Of a stretch of DNA of 64,000 bases, positions 47,325 through 56,071 are shown in pieces. The DNA lies in the IMG/VR virus record IMGVR_UViG_3300045256_000135, positions 119,245 through 183,244 of that record; one strand, 5' to 3'. Made by a program: the position numbers and the translations under genes. This stretch comes from a virus. The notes under the pieces were generated by a model. It made no database searches. It was given only the letters and a program-made list of their open reading frames with translations, and had not been told where the DNA came from. The first letter of the stretch is position 1, and the number at the start of each line of letters is the position of its first letter.

Positions 47325-47615
47325 ATGCGATTCGGTGACGCTCTGAACATTCTCAAGTCTGGCGGGAGAGTGGCTCGTGGTGGGTGGAACGGGAAGGACA
47401 TGTTTCTGTTTATGGTGAACCCCACGCCAGCTGAAGATGCTGATTCAATTGGTGTTTCATTGCCGAATAGTGTACGCGATCTTTGGGACCTGCCACAACT
47501 TCCGTTTCTGTGTATGAAAACTGCTCAGAACACAATCAATGTTGGGTGGCTGGCAAGTCAGACTGATATGCTAGCTGAGGACTGGATGGAAGTTCAGCCT
47601 CCAGCAAAGGGTTGA
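47325..47615 (+). CDS. DUF2829 / Tad2-like immune-signal sponge protein
   Basis: MRFGDALNILKSGGRVARGGWNGKDMFL...GWLASQTDMLAEDW. Confidence 0.85.
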   Translation: MRFGDALNILKSGGRVARGGWNGKDMFLFMVNPTPAEDADSIGVSLPNSVRDLWDLPQLPFLCMKTAQNTINVGWLASQTDMLAEDWMEVQPPAKG

Positions 47616-47632
47616 CAGGTACAAGGACGAGC

Positions 47633-48883
47633 ATGAACCAAAGACTAATTGAGTCTGGGCCACACGCTGGCAAACCCGCACTGACAAAGGCTGAGATCCT
47701 CTTCACTCGTCGATGCCCTCTGCGTTGTGCTGGCTGCGCAATGTACCGAGTGGACGAGAAAGGTCGATCTGCCAATGACAGGTCGGATCGTGAAGAAGCT
47801 CCGATGGATCGATGGTTCGCAACTATCGACAATCTGAAAGAGCTTGGGTGTGGGTTCATGGCGATCTATGGCGCTGAGCCAGCCCAGGTACCAGAACGCA
47901 CTGCACAGTTCGTGAACTACGCGACCACTGTGGGGATTCCAAACAGTGTAATCACATCAGGCGTTGGACTTGACGAGCAGATGCTTGATTATTGGTGGGA
48001 CAACAAGCTGTACTCACTGACGATGTCAGTTGACGCTCTTGTAGATAGCATCGCCGAGCAAGCGTCTAACAAGTCAAGCAAGATCAAGACCGACCGAGCG
48101 TACCGGTTTCTGACTTACTTCATCGACAAGTACGGAAAGCGTCCAGAGTTTCGTGATGTCGAAGCCTGCATGACACTGACGCGGAAGAATTTCCGCGCCC
48201 TGCCAGAGTTGATTGAAGCGCTCTCAGCTAAGGGCATCTGGCTTCACTGGGACCTTGTACATGCCAATCGTGGGCAACCGTACAGCAAGGTAGAAACGGT
48301 CGAAGACATCGCAGAGCTTTCGTTCCGTCCAGAGGATCAGCTGGAGCTTCGATCCGTGCTTGAACAGGTTAAGAGTCTCAAGAAGAAGGGTTGCCTGATT
48401 CATCCTAGCAGTGCAGCCATCGATATGATGAGCTCCGACGATGGGTTAGCCTACAAGTGGCAGTGCATGAAGCTTCCCAAGGAGGAGTTCATTGGCATGG
48501 TCACACTCGATGTGAATTGTGTTGTCCGAGTTTGTGACGACTTTCACCCACCTGAGATGGACGTGCCTTTGGATCATAGGACTGTTAGTCCTGAGCGCAT
48601 GGGGCTGAGTGTTAGCAAGGGAAAGTTGCGATTGCCACAACTAATTGGCACGTATGCTTTGGAGAGACTAGAAGCTGAAGAGCGGGCGAACATCAAGAGT
48701 GACCCAGTCTTCGGTTGGGAGTTATCAGCTCGCTGGGAAGAGTACAAGCAGCGTGCTAGGGATATGGTCCGCAAGTACGATTGTAGATGCTCTTGGGCAA
48801 CCCACATGGACGCAGAGAACATCTACAATGGGGTGGGTACTGACTTGGAGCACTACATTCACAAGAAGGTGGCGGATCTATGA
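47633..48883 (+). CDS. Radical SAM enzyme with SPASM/Twitch-like C-terminus
   Basis: TRRCPLRCAGC (CxxxCxxC), YGAEP, ITSG, MSVD; C-terminal WQC...VCD...CRC. Alternative TTG start at 47612. Confidence 0.85.
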   Translation: MNQRLIESGPHAGKPALTKAEILFTRRCPLRCAGCAMYRVDEKGRSANDRSDREEAPMDRWFATIDNLKELGCGFMAIYGAEPAQVPERTAQFVNYATTVGIPNSVITSGVGLDEQMLDYWWDNKLYSLTMSVDALVDSIAEQASNKSSKIKTDRAYRFLTYFIDKYGKRPEFRDVEACMTLTRKNFRALPELIEALSAKGIWLHWDLVHANRGQPYSKVETVEDIAELSFRPEDQLELRSVLEQVKSLKKKGCLIHPSSAAIDMMSSDDGLAYKWQCMKLPKEEFIGMVTLDVNCVVRVCDDFHPPEMDVPLDHRTVSPERMGLSVSKGKLRLPQLIGTYALERLEAEERANIKSDPVFGWELSARWEEYKQRARDMVRKYDCRCSWATHMDAENIYNGVGTDLEHYIHKKVADL

Positions 48884-49464
48884 CAAAGCTTGCTGAGCAA
48901 CTCCAAGTGCTGCTTGATTTGTTGGTTAAGACGGATCAAAGCCTCGGAAGGCCATCGATTAGACTTAATCGACAGGACTTGACAGCTATAGCTGAACTCG
49001 CTAAGGGCGACGACTTTCCCTACTGGGATGCAGTTACTAGACGCGAACTGATCCGTGAGGGCTGGATCGCAACGTATCGGCGAACAGACAGAGAAGTTGA
49101 CGTTTACTTGCCGAGGGTACGTATGGCGAACGATCCAGAGAACGAGGACTCGTGGCCACTCCCTGGGCAGTTTGTGGTGCAGTTTGACAGAGAGCGTCCG
49201 TCCACATCCCACCCGCAATCTAAGCCAACGGCATCTCACCTAGAGAAGGGTATGTCTGTTGTCTTGCGTTGCACTGGTGACGCTATGCTCGACGGCAGGC
49301 AGGGTGTGATTGTGAGTAACGAGATCCTTGCGGAATCCCTCCACCCTGCTCTCCAGGGTAGAGGCTCGTTTCGGAATGTGCATGTACGCGATAGTTCGAG
49401 AGAGCCACAGTTGGATCAGGTGTTTTGCATTCGAGAGAGCGAACTAGAGGTGAAGAATGTGTAG
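48880..49464 (+). CDS. Hypothetical protein
   Basis: 194-aa ORF coupled between the radical SAM and GAT-QueC genes. Confidence 0.6.
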   Translation: MTKLAEQLQVLLDLLVKTDQSLGRPSIRLNRQDLTAIAELAKGDDFPYWDAVTRRELIREGWIATYRRTDREVDVYLPRVRMANDPENEDSWPLPGQFVVQFDRERPSTSHPQSKPTASHLEKGMSVVLRCTGDAMLDGRQGVIVSNEILAESLHPALQGRGSFRNVHVRDSSREPQLDQVFCIRESELEVKNV

Positions 49465-51085
49465 CATTTTCGGAGCGGTTGTTTGGCTGGCACACGACTA
49501 CGCTCCAGTGGTCGAACATCTCACGCGGCTGGCTGTGGCCGGCGAGGATCGAGGACGAGACGGGGTTGGCATTGCAATCCTGAATCGAGGGACACACGAA
49601 CCAAAACTGTTCCTCAGCTCTCTGACTGCGTCTGACTGCGTTGACGGTATCCGACGGTTCTTGAAAGAGTTCGTGACAGGCCCATGCATTGTTGTCGGGA
49701 ACAACCGCTACCAGCCGATGCCTCAGCCAGACTCCACCGAATCTACCGCTCGTCAGCCAATCGTTGCAGCGCACTGCATCGGCACACACAACGGTACGTT
49801 TCCCGAGGATGACTTGCTGAACTCGAAGTACAACTTTGAGTCGGTGACCGGCATCGATTCTGAGGTGCTCTTGCACCTCTACCGCCACAAGAGTCGAACT
49901 ATAACGACATCGATTCCACAGTCGATCGCACACCGGGCAAGATTCATTGAGTCGGCTCTTGCAGAGCTTGCTGGAGGGTTTGCGTTTGGATTGGTCGATC
50001 TTGAACACCCAGACGAACTGCATCTGTTCCGAAACTTCAAGCCGCTGAACCTTGCGTACCGCAGAAACATGATTGAGGACGTTCTGTACTTCGGCTCTGA
50101 GAAGAAAGCCCTGCTACAAGCGTTCGACATCAAGCTGAGCGCGTCTGGGCTGTTCGACACACAGATGAAGTTTACCCAGCTGCCACCCTACTCAGGGATG
50201 TCGTTCAGCCTTGTGAATCGTGAGATTCACGAGTGGAAGGCAGAGAACAAGATCCTTGCGCATCTGCCAGCAGCTAAGGGCAAGCAGAAGGCCTTGGTGA
50301 TCTGCTCGGGTGGCATGGATAGCTCGCTAGCAGCAGCCGTAGCTCGTAAGGTGGAAGGTTGCGATGTGAACCTCCTTCACATGGATTACGGACAGCATGC
50401 CAAAGATAGAGAGCGTGAGGCCGTCAAGGCAGTAGCCAAAGCCTTGGATTGCCAGTACACATTCGTGGATGCCAAGACGATTGGGGAGTGGCATCCTGGC
50501 AGTCCGTTGACGAACGCTGATATTCCAGATGGCATGCGAAGTGCTGAGTCCACTCTGTGCTGGGTAGCTGCTCGGAACATGGTGTTCTTGACGATGGCTG
50601 CGGCGTATGCTGAGAGCCAAGGGTACCAGTTCATCTACAGCGGGTTCAATCTCGAAGAGTCGGGTAGCTACCCTGACAATACGATTGAGTTCTTCAGACG
50701 GTTTGACGATGTCTGCGAGTTCGGAACACTGACTCGCATCAAGACGAGGTTGTCAGTAGCTCGAATGATGAAGCCAGACATCATTCGACTTGCCCATCAT
50801 CTGGGAGTGCCGATGGGGCACACTTGGAGTTGTGATAGCGCCGGGTTTGTGCTTTCGGATCACCCGCAGTACGGGAACATTTCGGACGATCGAGATCGTG
50901 TTCCCTGCGGGAAATGCGGTTGCTGCTGGACACGACGAATTGCGTACAAGAAAGCTGGGATCGAGGATCCGCAAGGTTACGCATCTGACTTCGTAGGTCC
51001 GGTGCCTGAGTGGTACAAGACTGACAAGTTCAAGCGACCAACGGCCACGATCGAGCAACTGCTTGAAGAGGTTCAGAAGCGCTAA
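49457..51085 (+). CDS. gat-queC: GAT-QueC fusion (class II glutamine amidotransferase + QueC)
   Basis: M-C-SIFG (Ntn Cys2), RGRDG, HNG, DSE; then CSGGMDS, ARNMVF, YPD, TWSC...CGKCGCC. Confidence 0.92.
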   Translation: MCSIFGAVVWLAHDYAPVVEHLTRLAVAGEDRGRDGVGIAILNRGTHEPKLFLSSLTASDCVDGIRRFLKEFVTGPCIVVGNNRYQPMPQPDSTESTARQPIVAAHCIGTHNGTFPEDDLLNSKYNFESVTGIDSEVLLHLYRHKSRTITTSIPQSIAHRARFIESALAELAGGFAFGLVDLEHPDELHLFRNFKPLNLAYRRNMIEDVLYFGSEKKALLQAFDIKLSASGLFDTQMKFTQLPPYSGMSFSLVNREIHEWKAENKILAHLPAAKGKQKALVICSGGMDSSLAAAVARKVEGCDVNLLHMDYGQHAKDREREAVKAVAKALDCQYTFVDAKTIGEWHPGSPLTNADIPDGMRSAESTLCWVAARNMVFLTMAAAYAESQGYQFIYSGFNLEESGSYPDNTIEFFRRFDDVCEFGTLTRIKTRLSVARMMKPDIIRLAHHLGVPMGHTWSCDSAGFVLSDHPQYGNISDDRDRVPCGKCGCCWTRRIAYKKAGIEDPQGYASDFVGPVPEWYKTDKFKRPTATIEQLLEEVQKR

Positions 51086-51333
51086 TGAGTGCAGGTAGAG
51101 TTTACCGTCAGGCTTTCGCTAGACCAACTTCCGATCAGCTGAAGAGCCTCAGGGAATTCTTCGCCAGAAACGGAAAGCGCATTGGCTGCAAGATGCTCGG
51201 TGTTTCTGAAGTAACTATTGGTATAATTCTTGGAGGCGGTGATTCCAAACAAGCCACGCTTACGCGACTCTTCGCTAACTTGAGCAAGATCGAAAAAGGG
51301 CCAGAACAGGTTTCGACGGAGGAGACGAGCTAA
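51085..51333 (+). CDS. Small HTH protein overlapping the tmRNA 5' end
   Basis: GCKMLGVSEVTIGIILGG...KQATLTRL XRE-like HTH; TAATG coupled. Confidence 0.55.
   Translation: MSAGRVYRQAFARPTSDQLKSLREFFARNGKRIGCKMLGVSEVTIGIILGGGDSKQATLTRLFANLSKIEKGPEQVSTEETS
51219..51227 (+). promoter_or_regulatory. Extended -10 (TGgTATAAT), probable tmRNA promoter
   Basis: About 70 nt upstream of the mature tmRNA 5' end, inside the HTH ORF. Confidence 0.5.
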
Positions 51334-51656
51334 CATTGCGCACACCAGCTCTCCTTGTAACTGGTCAAGTACAGGGAACGTCATCTGCGAACGACAACGT
51401 GGAACTCTCGGAAGCCGCGGAAGCGGCCTGAGACGGGTGATCCAGAGAAGCTCTGGTATGGTGATCCTGCAAACCACAAGAGCGGGCAGCTGGAAAGACA
51501 GCATACGTGGCCCAGGACACGGTCTAAACACAGGGTGGTGGAAGCTGCCGGTTTTACCGGTTCGCCCCTGAGGTGCTACAGCTCTACTGTAGATACTGTG
51601 CGTAGATGGTGTTAGTGAAGCTCTTTCGGACCCGGGTTCGATTCCCGGCTGGTCCA
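51298..51656 (+). ncRNA. ssrA: tmRNA; tag (A)ANDNVELSEAAEAA at 51387-51431
   Basis: Acceptor stem GGGCCAG/CTGGTCC with G3-U and discriminator A; GGTTTCGAC 5' motif; T-arm CCGGGTTCGATTCCCGG; AND-type tag; 359 nt; CCA not encoded. Confidence 0.95.
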
Positions 51657-51684
51657 CTAGTGGTAAATGTTGTGAGAGGAAGAG

Positions 51685-52491
51685 ATGACAGCGTACATTT
51701 GCTGCAGTGGTGGGATGGATTCAATCATTGGCTGGTTCTATCTTTCAACCAACAACCCAGTTGTCCCACTGTATGCTAGATTAGGTCATCGCTACCAGTC
51801 ACAAGAGCTTGAAGCATTAGAGCACATCCAGCACTTGTTATCATTGTTGCCAACTCGATTCCCCTTCAAGTTTGAGCAATCAATGGCACTCGGTGCGTAT
51901 GGTAAGAACTATGAGCAGAGTGACGCAAATATTCCAGCAAGGAATCTGCTCTTAGCTGTTGAAGCAGCTAACCGAGGTGCTACTGAAATAGCCATTGTTT
52001 GTCAAGCAGATGAGCGAACGCTTCCGGACAGAAACGAGATGTTCTTCAAGAGAAGTTCCGATCTGCTCTCCCAACTGTACGAGAAGCACGTTCGCGTAAG
52101 CCCTGTGTTCCAAGAATGGGACAAGACCGATATGGTCAATTGGTTCCTTGACACGCATGACCTCGATTTGTCGTATCAAGACAGAGTCAATGTTTTGCTT
52201 GCCACTACTGCTTGTTACCAGCCAGTTGAAATTGACAAGAAGCATCAACAGTGTGGTAACTGTCCTGCGTGCTTTAGACGAGCAGTGGCTCTGATTAACA
52301 ATGGTCTAACTGAAACGTATGCTCAGAACGTGTTTGAATCAGATGTGGCGCGAGAGTACCTTGACAAGCTCGGGCGTTACTCTGTTCTGCGTCAGAAGCG
52401 GACTGTGATGGCTTTGTACAAGTCGGGGAGTTCGTTGTACAAGCAGGCTTTGAAGTTGACCCAAGATCAACGTTCACTGGAGTCAAGATGA
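51685..52491 (+). CDS. queC: Second, stand-alone QueC-family PP-loop ATPase
   Basis: CSGGMDS, IPARNLLL, LPD, DKTDMV, TACY...QCGNCPACFRR. Confidence 0.88.
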   Translation: MTAYICCSGGMDSIIGWFYLSTNNPVVPLYARLGHRYQSQELEALEHIQHLLSLLPTRFPFKFEQSMALGAYGKNYEQSDANIPARNLLLAVEAANRGATEIAIVCQADERTLPDRNEMFFKRSSDLLSQLYEKHVRVSPVFQEWDKTDMVNWFLDTHDLDLSYQDRVNVLLATTACYQPVEIDKKHQQCGNCPACFRRAVALINNGLTETYAQNVFESDVAREYLDKLGRYSVLRQKRTVMALYKSGSSLYKQALKLTQDQRSLESR

Positions 52492-53102
52492 AGCTGAACT
52501 ATATGGCAGGCACAGTGATTGAGTTGGGGTCCGTGCATGTTGACTGTTGGATCCCACCGTTTGTTGAACACGGTTGGTCTAAGGTTTGGGAAGGCTGCTG
52601 GGAGGGTCCTGTCCTCGGAGTACAAGAAGCAAAGCCTACGCGATACTACAAAATGCAACACCCCAATGACTTGAGCATGATTCAAGCTGCAACAGTAGAC
52701 GAGATCTACTCTGCCCACGCTATGGAGCATCTCAGTCCAAACAATGCGTACACGATTCTTGGCGAATTTCAGAGGGTGCTGAAGCCTGGCGGGAAGATGC
52801 ATCATGTCACACCCGACTTTGATTCGATGGTCAAACTCTGGAACGACATGTCCAATGTCTACAACACAGAGCTCGGGGCGTTCGACTACGAGCGTTACAT
52901 CACTATCTGTAACGGGGTGCTATGCCCATGGGACGGAGTAATGGCAAACTACCCAGGGCACAAGAGTCTTTGGGGCGTTGATGTGGCTCAGTTCCTGCTC
53001 AAGCGCTGGGGGTTTGAAGACACGTTTGCAAAAGTTGAGGGGACTGATCTGCACTTCGGTGGGTCGACTCCCAAGGGCATCTACAACATGATCAGGGCGT
53101 GA
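52488..53102 (+). CDS. Class I SAM-dependent methyltransferase
   Basis: VDEIYSAHAMEHL...RVLKPGG...TPD; motif I degenerate (LNYMAG). Confidence 0.8.
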   Translation: MKLNYMAGTVIELGSVHVDCWIPPFVEHGWSKVWEGCWEGPVLGVQEAKPTRYYKMQHPNDLSMIQAATVDEIYSAHAMEHLSPNNAYTILGEFQRVLKPGGKMHHVTPDFDSMVKLWNDMSNVYNTELGAFDYERYITICNGVLCPWDGVMANYPGHKSLWGVDVAQFLLKRWGFEDTFAKVEGTDLHFGGSTPKGIYNMIRA

Positions 53103-53362
53103 ACATGCTAGCTGTTTTCTACGCTTGCGGAGATGGTGATCACCACTACATGCTCACAGCTGATGAGGCTGGGGCTAGACGGATGTACACCGAGCTGATC
53201 AATGACGATCCGGAGGCACTCGAGGACATGGTGTTTAAGCAGTTGCCACCTGATCGCCCTTTGACGTTGTTGGACGAGGCTGGACTAGAAGCTACCCGAA
53301 CCTGTGCTGAATGGGCAGTGGGCAAGGTTGAACCAGAGCTGCTTGGAAGCACGTGTGCATGA
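53099..53362 (+). CDS. Hypothetical acidic protein
   Basis: 87-aa ORF coupled between the methyltransferase and TGT genes. Confidence 0.55.
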   Translation: MNMLAVFYACGDGDHHYMLTADEAGARRMYTELINDDPEALEDMVFKQLPPDRPLTLLDEAGLEATRTCAEWAVGKVEPELLGSTCA

Positions 53363-55206
53363 CCATGGAACAGAAGATTGGGCGCAGTATTTGGTTTCCG
53401 GTGATGTTCTTCTCTGCAGAGCGGGAGATGAGGGACAAACCCTTGCTCCTGGGGAAGCCTCACTCGTTCTGGACTCATTGGTACAAAGAGCAGTCGGTCT
53501 TCTACCACCCCGCGCTGTTGTTGAACGCGTTCACCTCTCGAGCAGAAGGTGACAAACGACATGATCTGAACATTGGACCGGATACCAGGGTTCTGATTGA
53601 CTCTGGTGGGTTTCAGTTGTACAAGCAGACTGTGATTCAGGGAAAGACCCTGAACATTCAGCCCATTGAGATCTTGCGGACGCAAGAGCTTTGGGGAGAC
53701 GGTCCCAATGACGCAGCATTCATCATCGACTATCCAGTTGGTGCTGATGACAATGATGACATGTTTGACTTTTGCTTGAAAGAAACTGAGAAGAATTGTC
53801 AGTTCTATCAAGACAACATGAAGTCAAACACACTCCGGATGCTGAACGTTTTGCATGGTCACACCATGGAACGAATCAAAGTCTGGTACGACCTTTTTCA
53901 CAAGTTCAAGTACAACGGAAGGACCGGTTGGTCAGTCGGCTTTCATCCCAGCTCAGATGTGATGAATCAGGCACGCATGTTTGCGTTTATCTGGTCACAA
54001 CAGACTGAGTCTGAACCGCTGAACTACTTCCACTTTCTTGGTGTTTCGGGATGGAACACCATGCCATTACTCGTATACGCTTCGCGCTTTTGCGATGAGG
54101 TGGTCTTCGACTCGTCCAGCTATGGGGCTGGTTACAAGACGAAGACATACATGGTTCCACCAGATGTGGATCGTGGTGGCGATGTAGTGTTTGGTGACCA
54201 GATCCAAAGCTGGCATGAGTTGGTAAACCCACCATGCAATTGTCCGGTATGCATCGTTGTTCGTGATTCTGGTAAAACGTTTCCAGAGGCGATGCTAGAC
54301 TCGAATGGTGGTGGCCATCTCATTAGCCTCCACAACATGTTTCAGTACATTGATCGCAGTCGAAAGCTACACGCTTTGGTTGCTGATAAAGAACGCTACT
54401 TGAAGTATGTCAAGTCGCATTGCTCTGATGAGGCATTGCTAGCAATTCTGTATCTTGATGAAGTCAAACGCAGTGGATTCGAGATCGCTACAAGAGAGTT
54501 CGGGCGTTACTTCAAACGGCTGCATGAGAATCAGTTGACCACCACCTTCGGATCGATGTTTCAAACGTCGGGTTTGGGCAAGATCAAGGAGAAGGATGCT
54601 ATTCGGAAACCAGCGGATCCGAACAAGCAGAGGAAGCGTGGTCGAAAGAAGAAGGGTGAACCTGAGTCAGTTGTTGGGGAGGCTCTCGCTGAGGAGAAGG
54701 TGGAGCTAGTCCAAGCACCCCCAGCGGAGCTAGAGTCCTCGAGCAAGCTTTCAGTTCTCGACTCTCTGCCTGAAGTGGAAGTTGATCCAGCAGTCCTTGA
54801 TTCGGATCTTGGCAAGGCAGCGATGGCATCCATGTTTGAAGATTCGGATGTGATTGTGACGAGTGTTGCGGTTGAGTCTAATTCACCGGACATAGTCGTG
54901 CCAGAAGTTCAGCCATCAGCAAAGGTGTTGTCAGAATTCAGTTTGTCAGGTGTTACAACTGGTCGAGTTCAGACTGCATTCCCTAACACTTCAGCTCTCC
55001 CACGCGAACAGAAGCAGCGACAGAAGAAGGTAAAAGAAGCTCCTAAACTCTTGGAATTGCCTGAACTATCAGAGGTTGTTCATCTTGATGTAATTCAGTC
55101 AAAGCCAGAGTGCTACGGTCAATTCGAAGCTGAAGTGTGTGATGGAAGCTTTTGTGGACAGTGGTTACAGCCCTGTTCACAGGACACGAAAAAGGAAGAC
55201 AAATGA
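53359..55206 (+). CDS. dpdA: TGT-fold guanine transglycosylase (DpdA-like) with long C-terminal extension
   Basis: LIDSGGFQ, IIDYP, LNVLHG, HFLG, FDSSSY, CNCPVC...SLHN zinc site; que-gene context. Confidence 0.8.
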   Translation: MTMEQKIGRSIWFPVMFFSAEREMRDKPLLLGKPHSFWTHWYKEQSVFYHPALLLNAFTSRAEGDKRHDLNIGPDTRVLIDSGGFQLYKQTVIQGKTLNIQPIEILRTQELWGDGPNDAAFIIDYPVGADDNDDMFDFCLKETEKNCQFYQDNMKSNTLRMLNVLHGHTMERIKVWYDLFHKFKYNGRTGWSVGFHPSSDVMNQARMFAFIWSQQTESEPLNYFHFLGVSGWNTMPLLVYASRFCDEVVFDSSSYGAGYKTKTYMVPPDVDRGGDVVFGDQIQSWHELVNPPCNCPVCIVVRDSGKTFPEAMLDSNGGGHLISLHNMFQYIDRSRKLHALVADKERYLKYVKSHCSDEALLAILYLDEVKRSGFEIATREFGRYFKRLHENQLTTTFGSMFQTSGLGKIKEKDAIRKPADPNKQRKRGRKKKGEPESVVGEALAEEKVELVQAPPAELESSSKLSVLDSLPEVEVDPAVLDSDLGKAAMASMFEDSDVIVTSVAVESNSPDIVVPEVQPSAKVLSEFSLSGVTTGRVQTAFPNTSALPREQKQRQKKVKEAPKLLELPELSEVVHLDVIQSKPECYGQFEAEVCDGSFCGQWLQPCSQDTKKEDK

Positions 55207-55835
55207 GCAAGCCGGACGAAAACGAGATCAAGGGCCCAGTGTACAAGCGCAAGCAAATCGAAGCTGGCGTCCGCCAGATGCTTCAAGGGCTTGGTGTAGA
55301 TCTCAACGATGAGAATTTTGCTGAAACACCAGCTCGTGTAGCAAAAGCATACATTGAGATGTGCTCAGGTCTGTACACTTCCGAGAAGAAGGCAGAGGAG
55401 ATCTTCGGAAAGAAGTTCAGGTCTTCGTACAAGGGTATGATCGTTGTTGGTCCAATTTCGGCAGCTGGAGTTTGTCCGCATCATTTGCTTCCAGTGCACA
55501 TGACCGCAGTGCTCGCGTATATCTCTGACGCAAAAGATGGCTACAAGCTCGGGCTGTCAAAGCTAGCGAGAGCATTTAGACTGTACGCAAACCGCCCGAT
55601 GATGCAGGAATCCATTTCGCATGACCTGGTTGAGGCTTTCGAGAAGTACACCAAGTGCTCGGGGGTGGGTTTGTGGATCAACGGACGCCACTCTTGTATG
55701 TCTGCACGAGGCGTACTTGCACATGAATCAGCTGCAATCACCCAGGACGTTCGTGGGTTGTTTGAGACTGATCCTGGTGTGAAGACTGAGTTCGCTGAGC
55801 AGATTCGTCATCTTACTGAACGGGTGCGTAGATGA
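55203..55835 (+). CDS. folE: GTP cyclohydrolase I
   Basis: ETPARVAKAY, CPHHLLP, GLSKLAR, MQE, HSCMSARG. Confidence 0.95.
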   Translation: MSKPDENEIKGPVYKRKQIEAGVRQMLQGLGVDLNDENFAETPARVAKAYIEMCSGLYTSEKKAEEIFGKKFRSSYKGMIVVGPISAAGVCPHHLLPVHMTAVLAYISDAKDGYKLGLSKLARAFRLYANRPMMQESISHDLVEAFEKYTKCSGVGLWINGRHSCMSARGVLAHESAAITQDVRGLFETDPGVKTEFAEQIRHLTERVRR

Positions 55836-56071
55836 AGTTGTTGCAGCCACCCTACGAGTCAGAAGTTCGCTGCCGAGTTTGCAATCCCAGCGATCAGCCA
55901 GAGCCACCATTGCTGATGGTTCGCAATCACGGTTCCAAGAGTGGTAACGTTGTCGAACGAACGCTCATCTGTCCCAATTGCGACGCAAGAGAGGTTGACC
56001 ACAAGGACCTTGTTTCTGGTGTGGTATCCTGGGCTTCCTATCGAAACGACGGGCAAGCGAAGAGGTTCTGA
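55832..56071 (+). CDS. Zinc-ribbon protein
   Basis: CRVC...CPNC. Confidence 0.55.
   Translation: MKLLQPPYESEVRCRVCNPSDQPEPPLLMVRNHGSKSGNVVERTLICPNCDAREVDHKDLVSGVVSWASYRNDGQAKRF

Noticed and set aside
51082-51657. 191-aa minus-strand ORF starting MDQPGIEPGS
   Set aside because: Typical antisense translation of a tmRNA/tRNA T-arm, not a protein.
51625-51660. Stand-alone tRNA or attP fragment
   Set aside because: The T-arm and acceptor strand pair with 51298-51304 as part of the full tmRNA; no anticodon arm and no integrase in the window.
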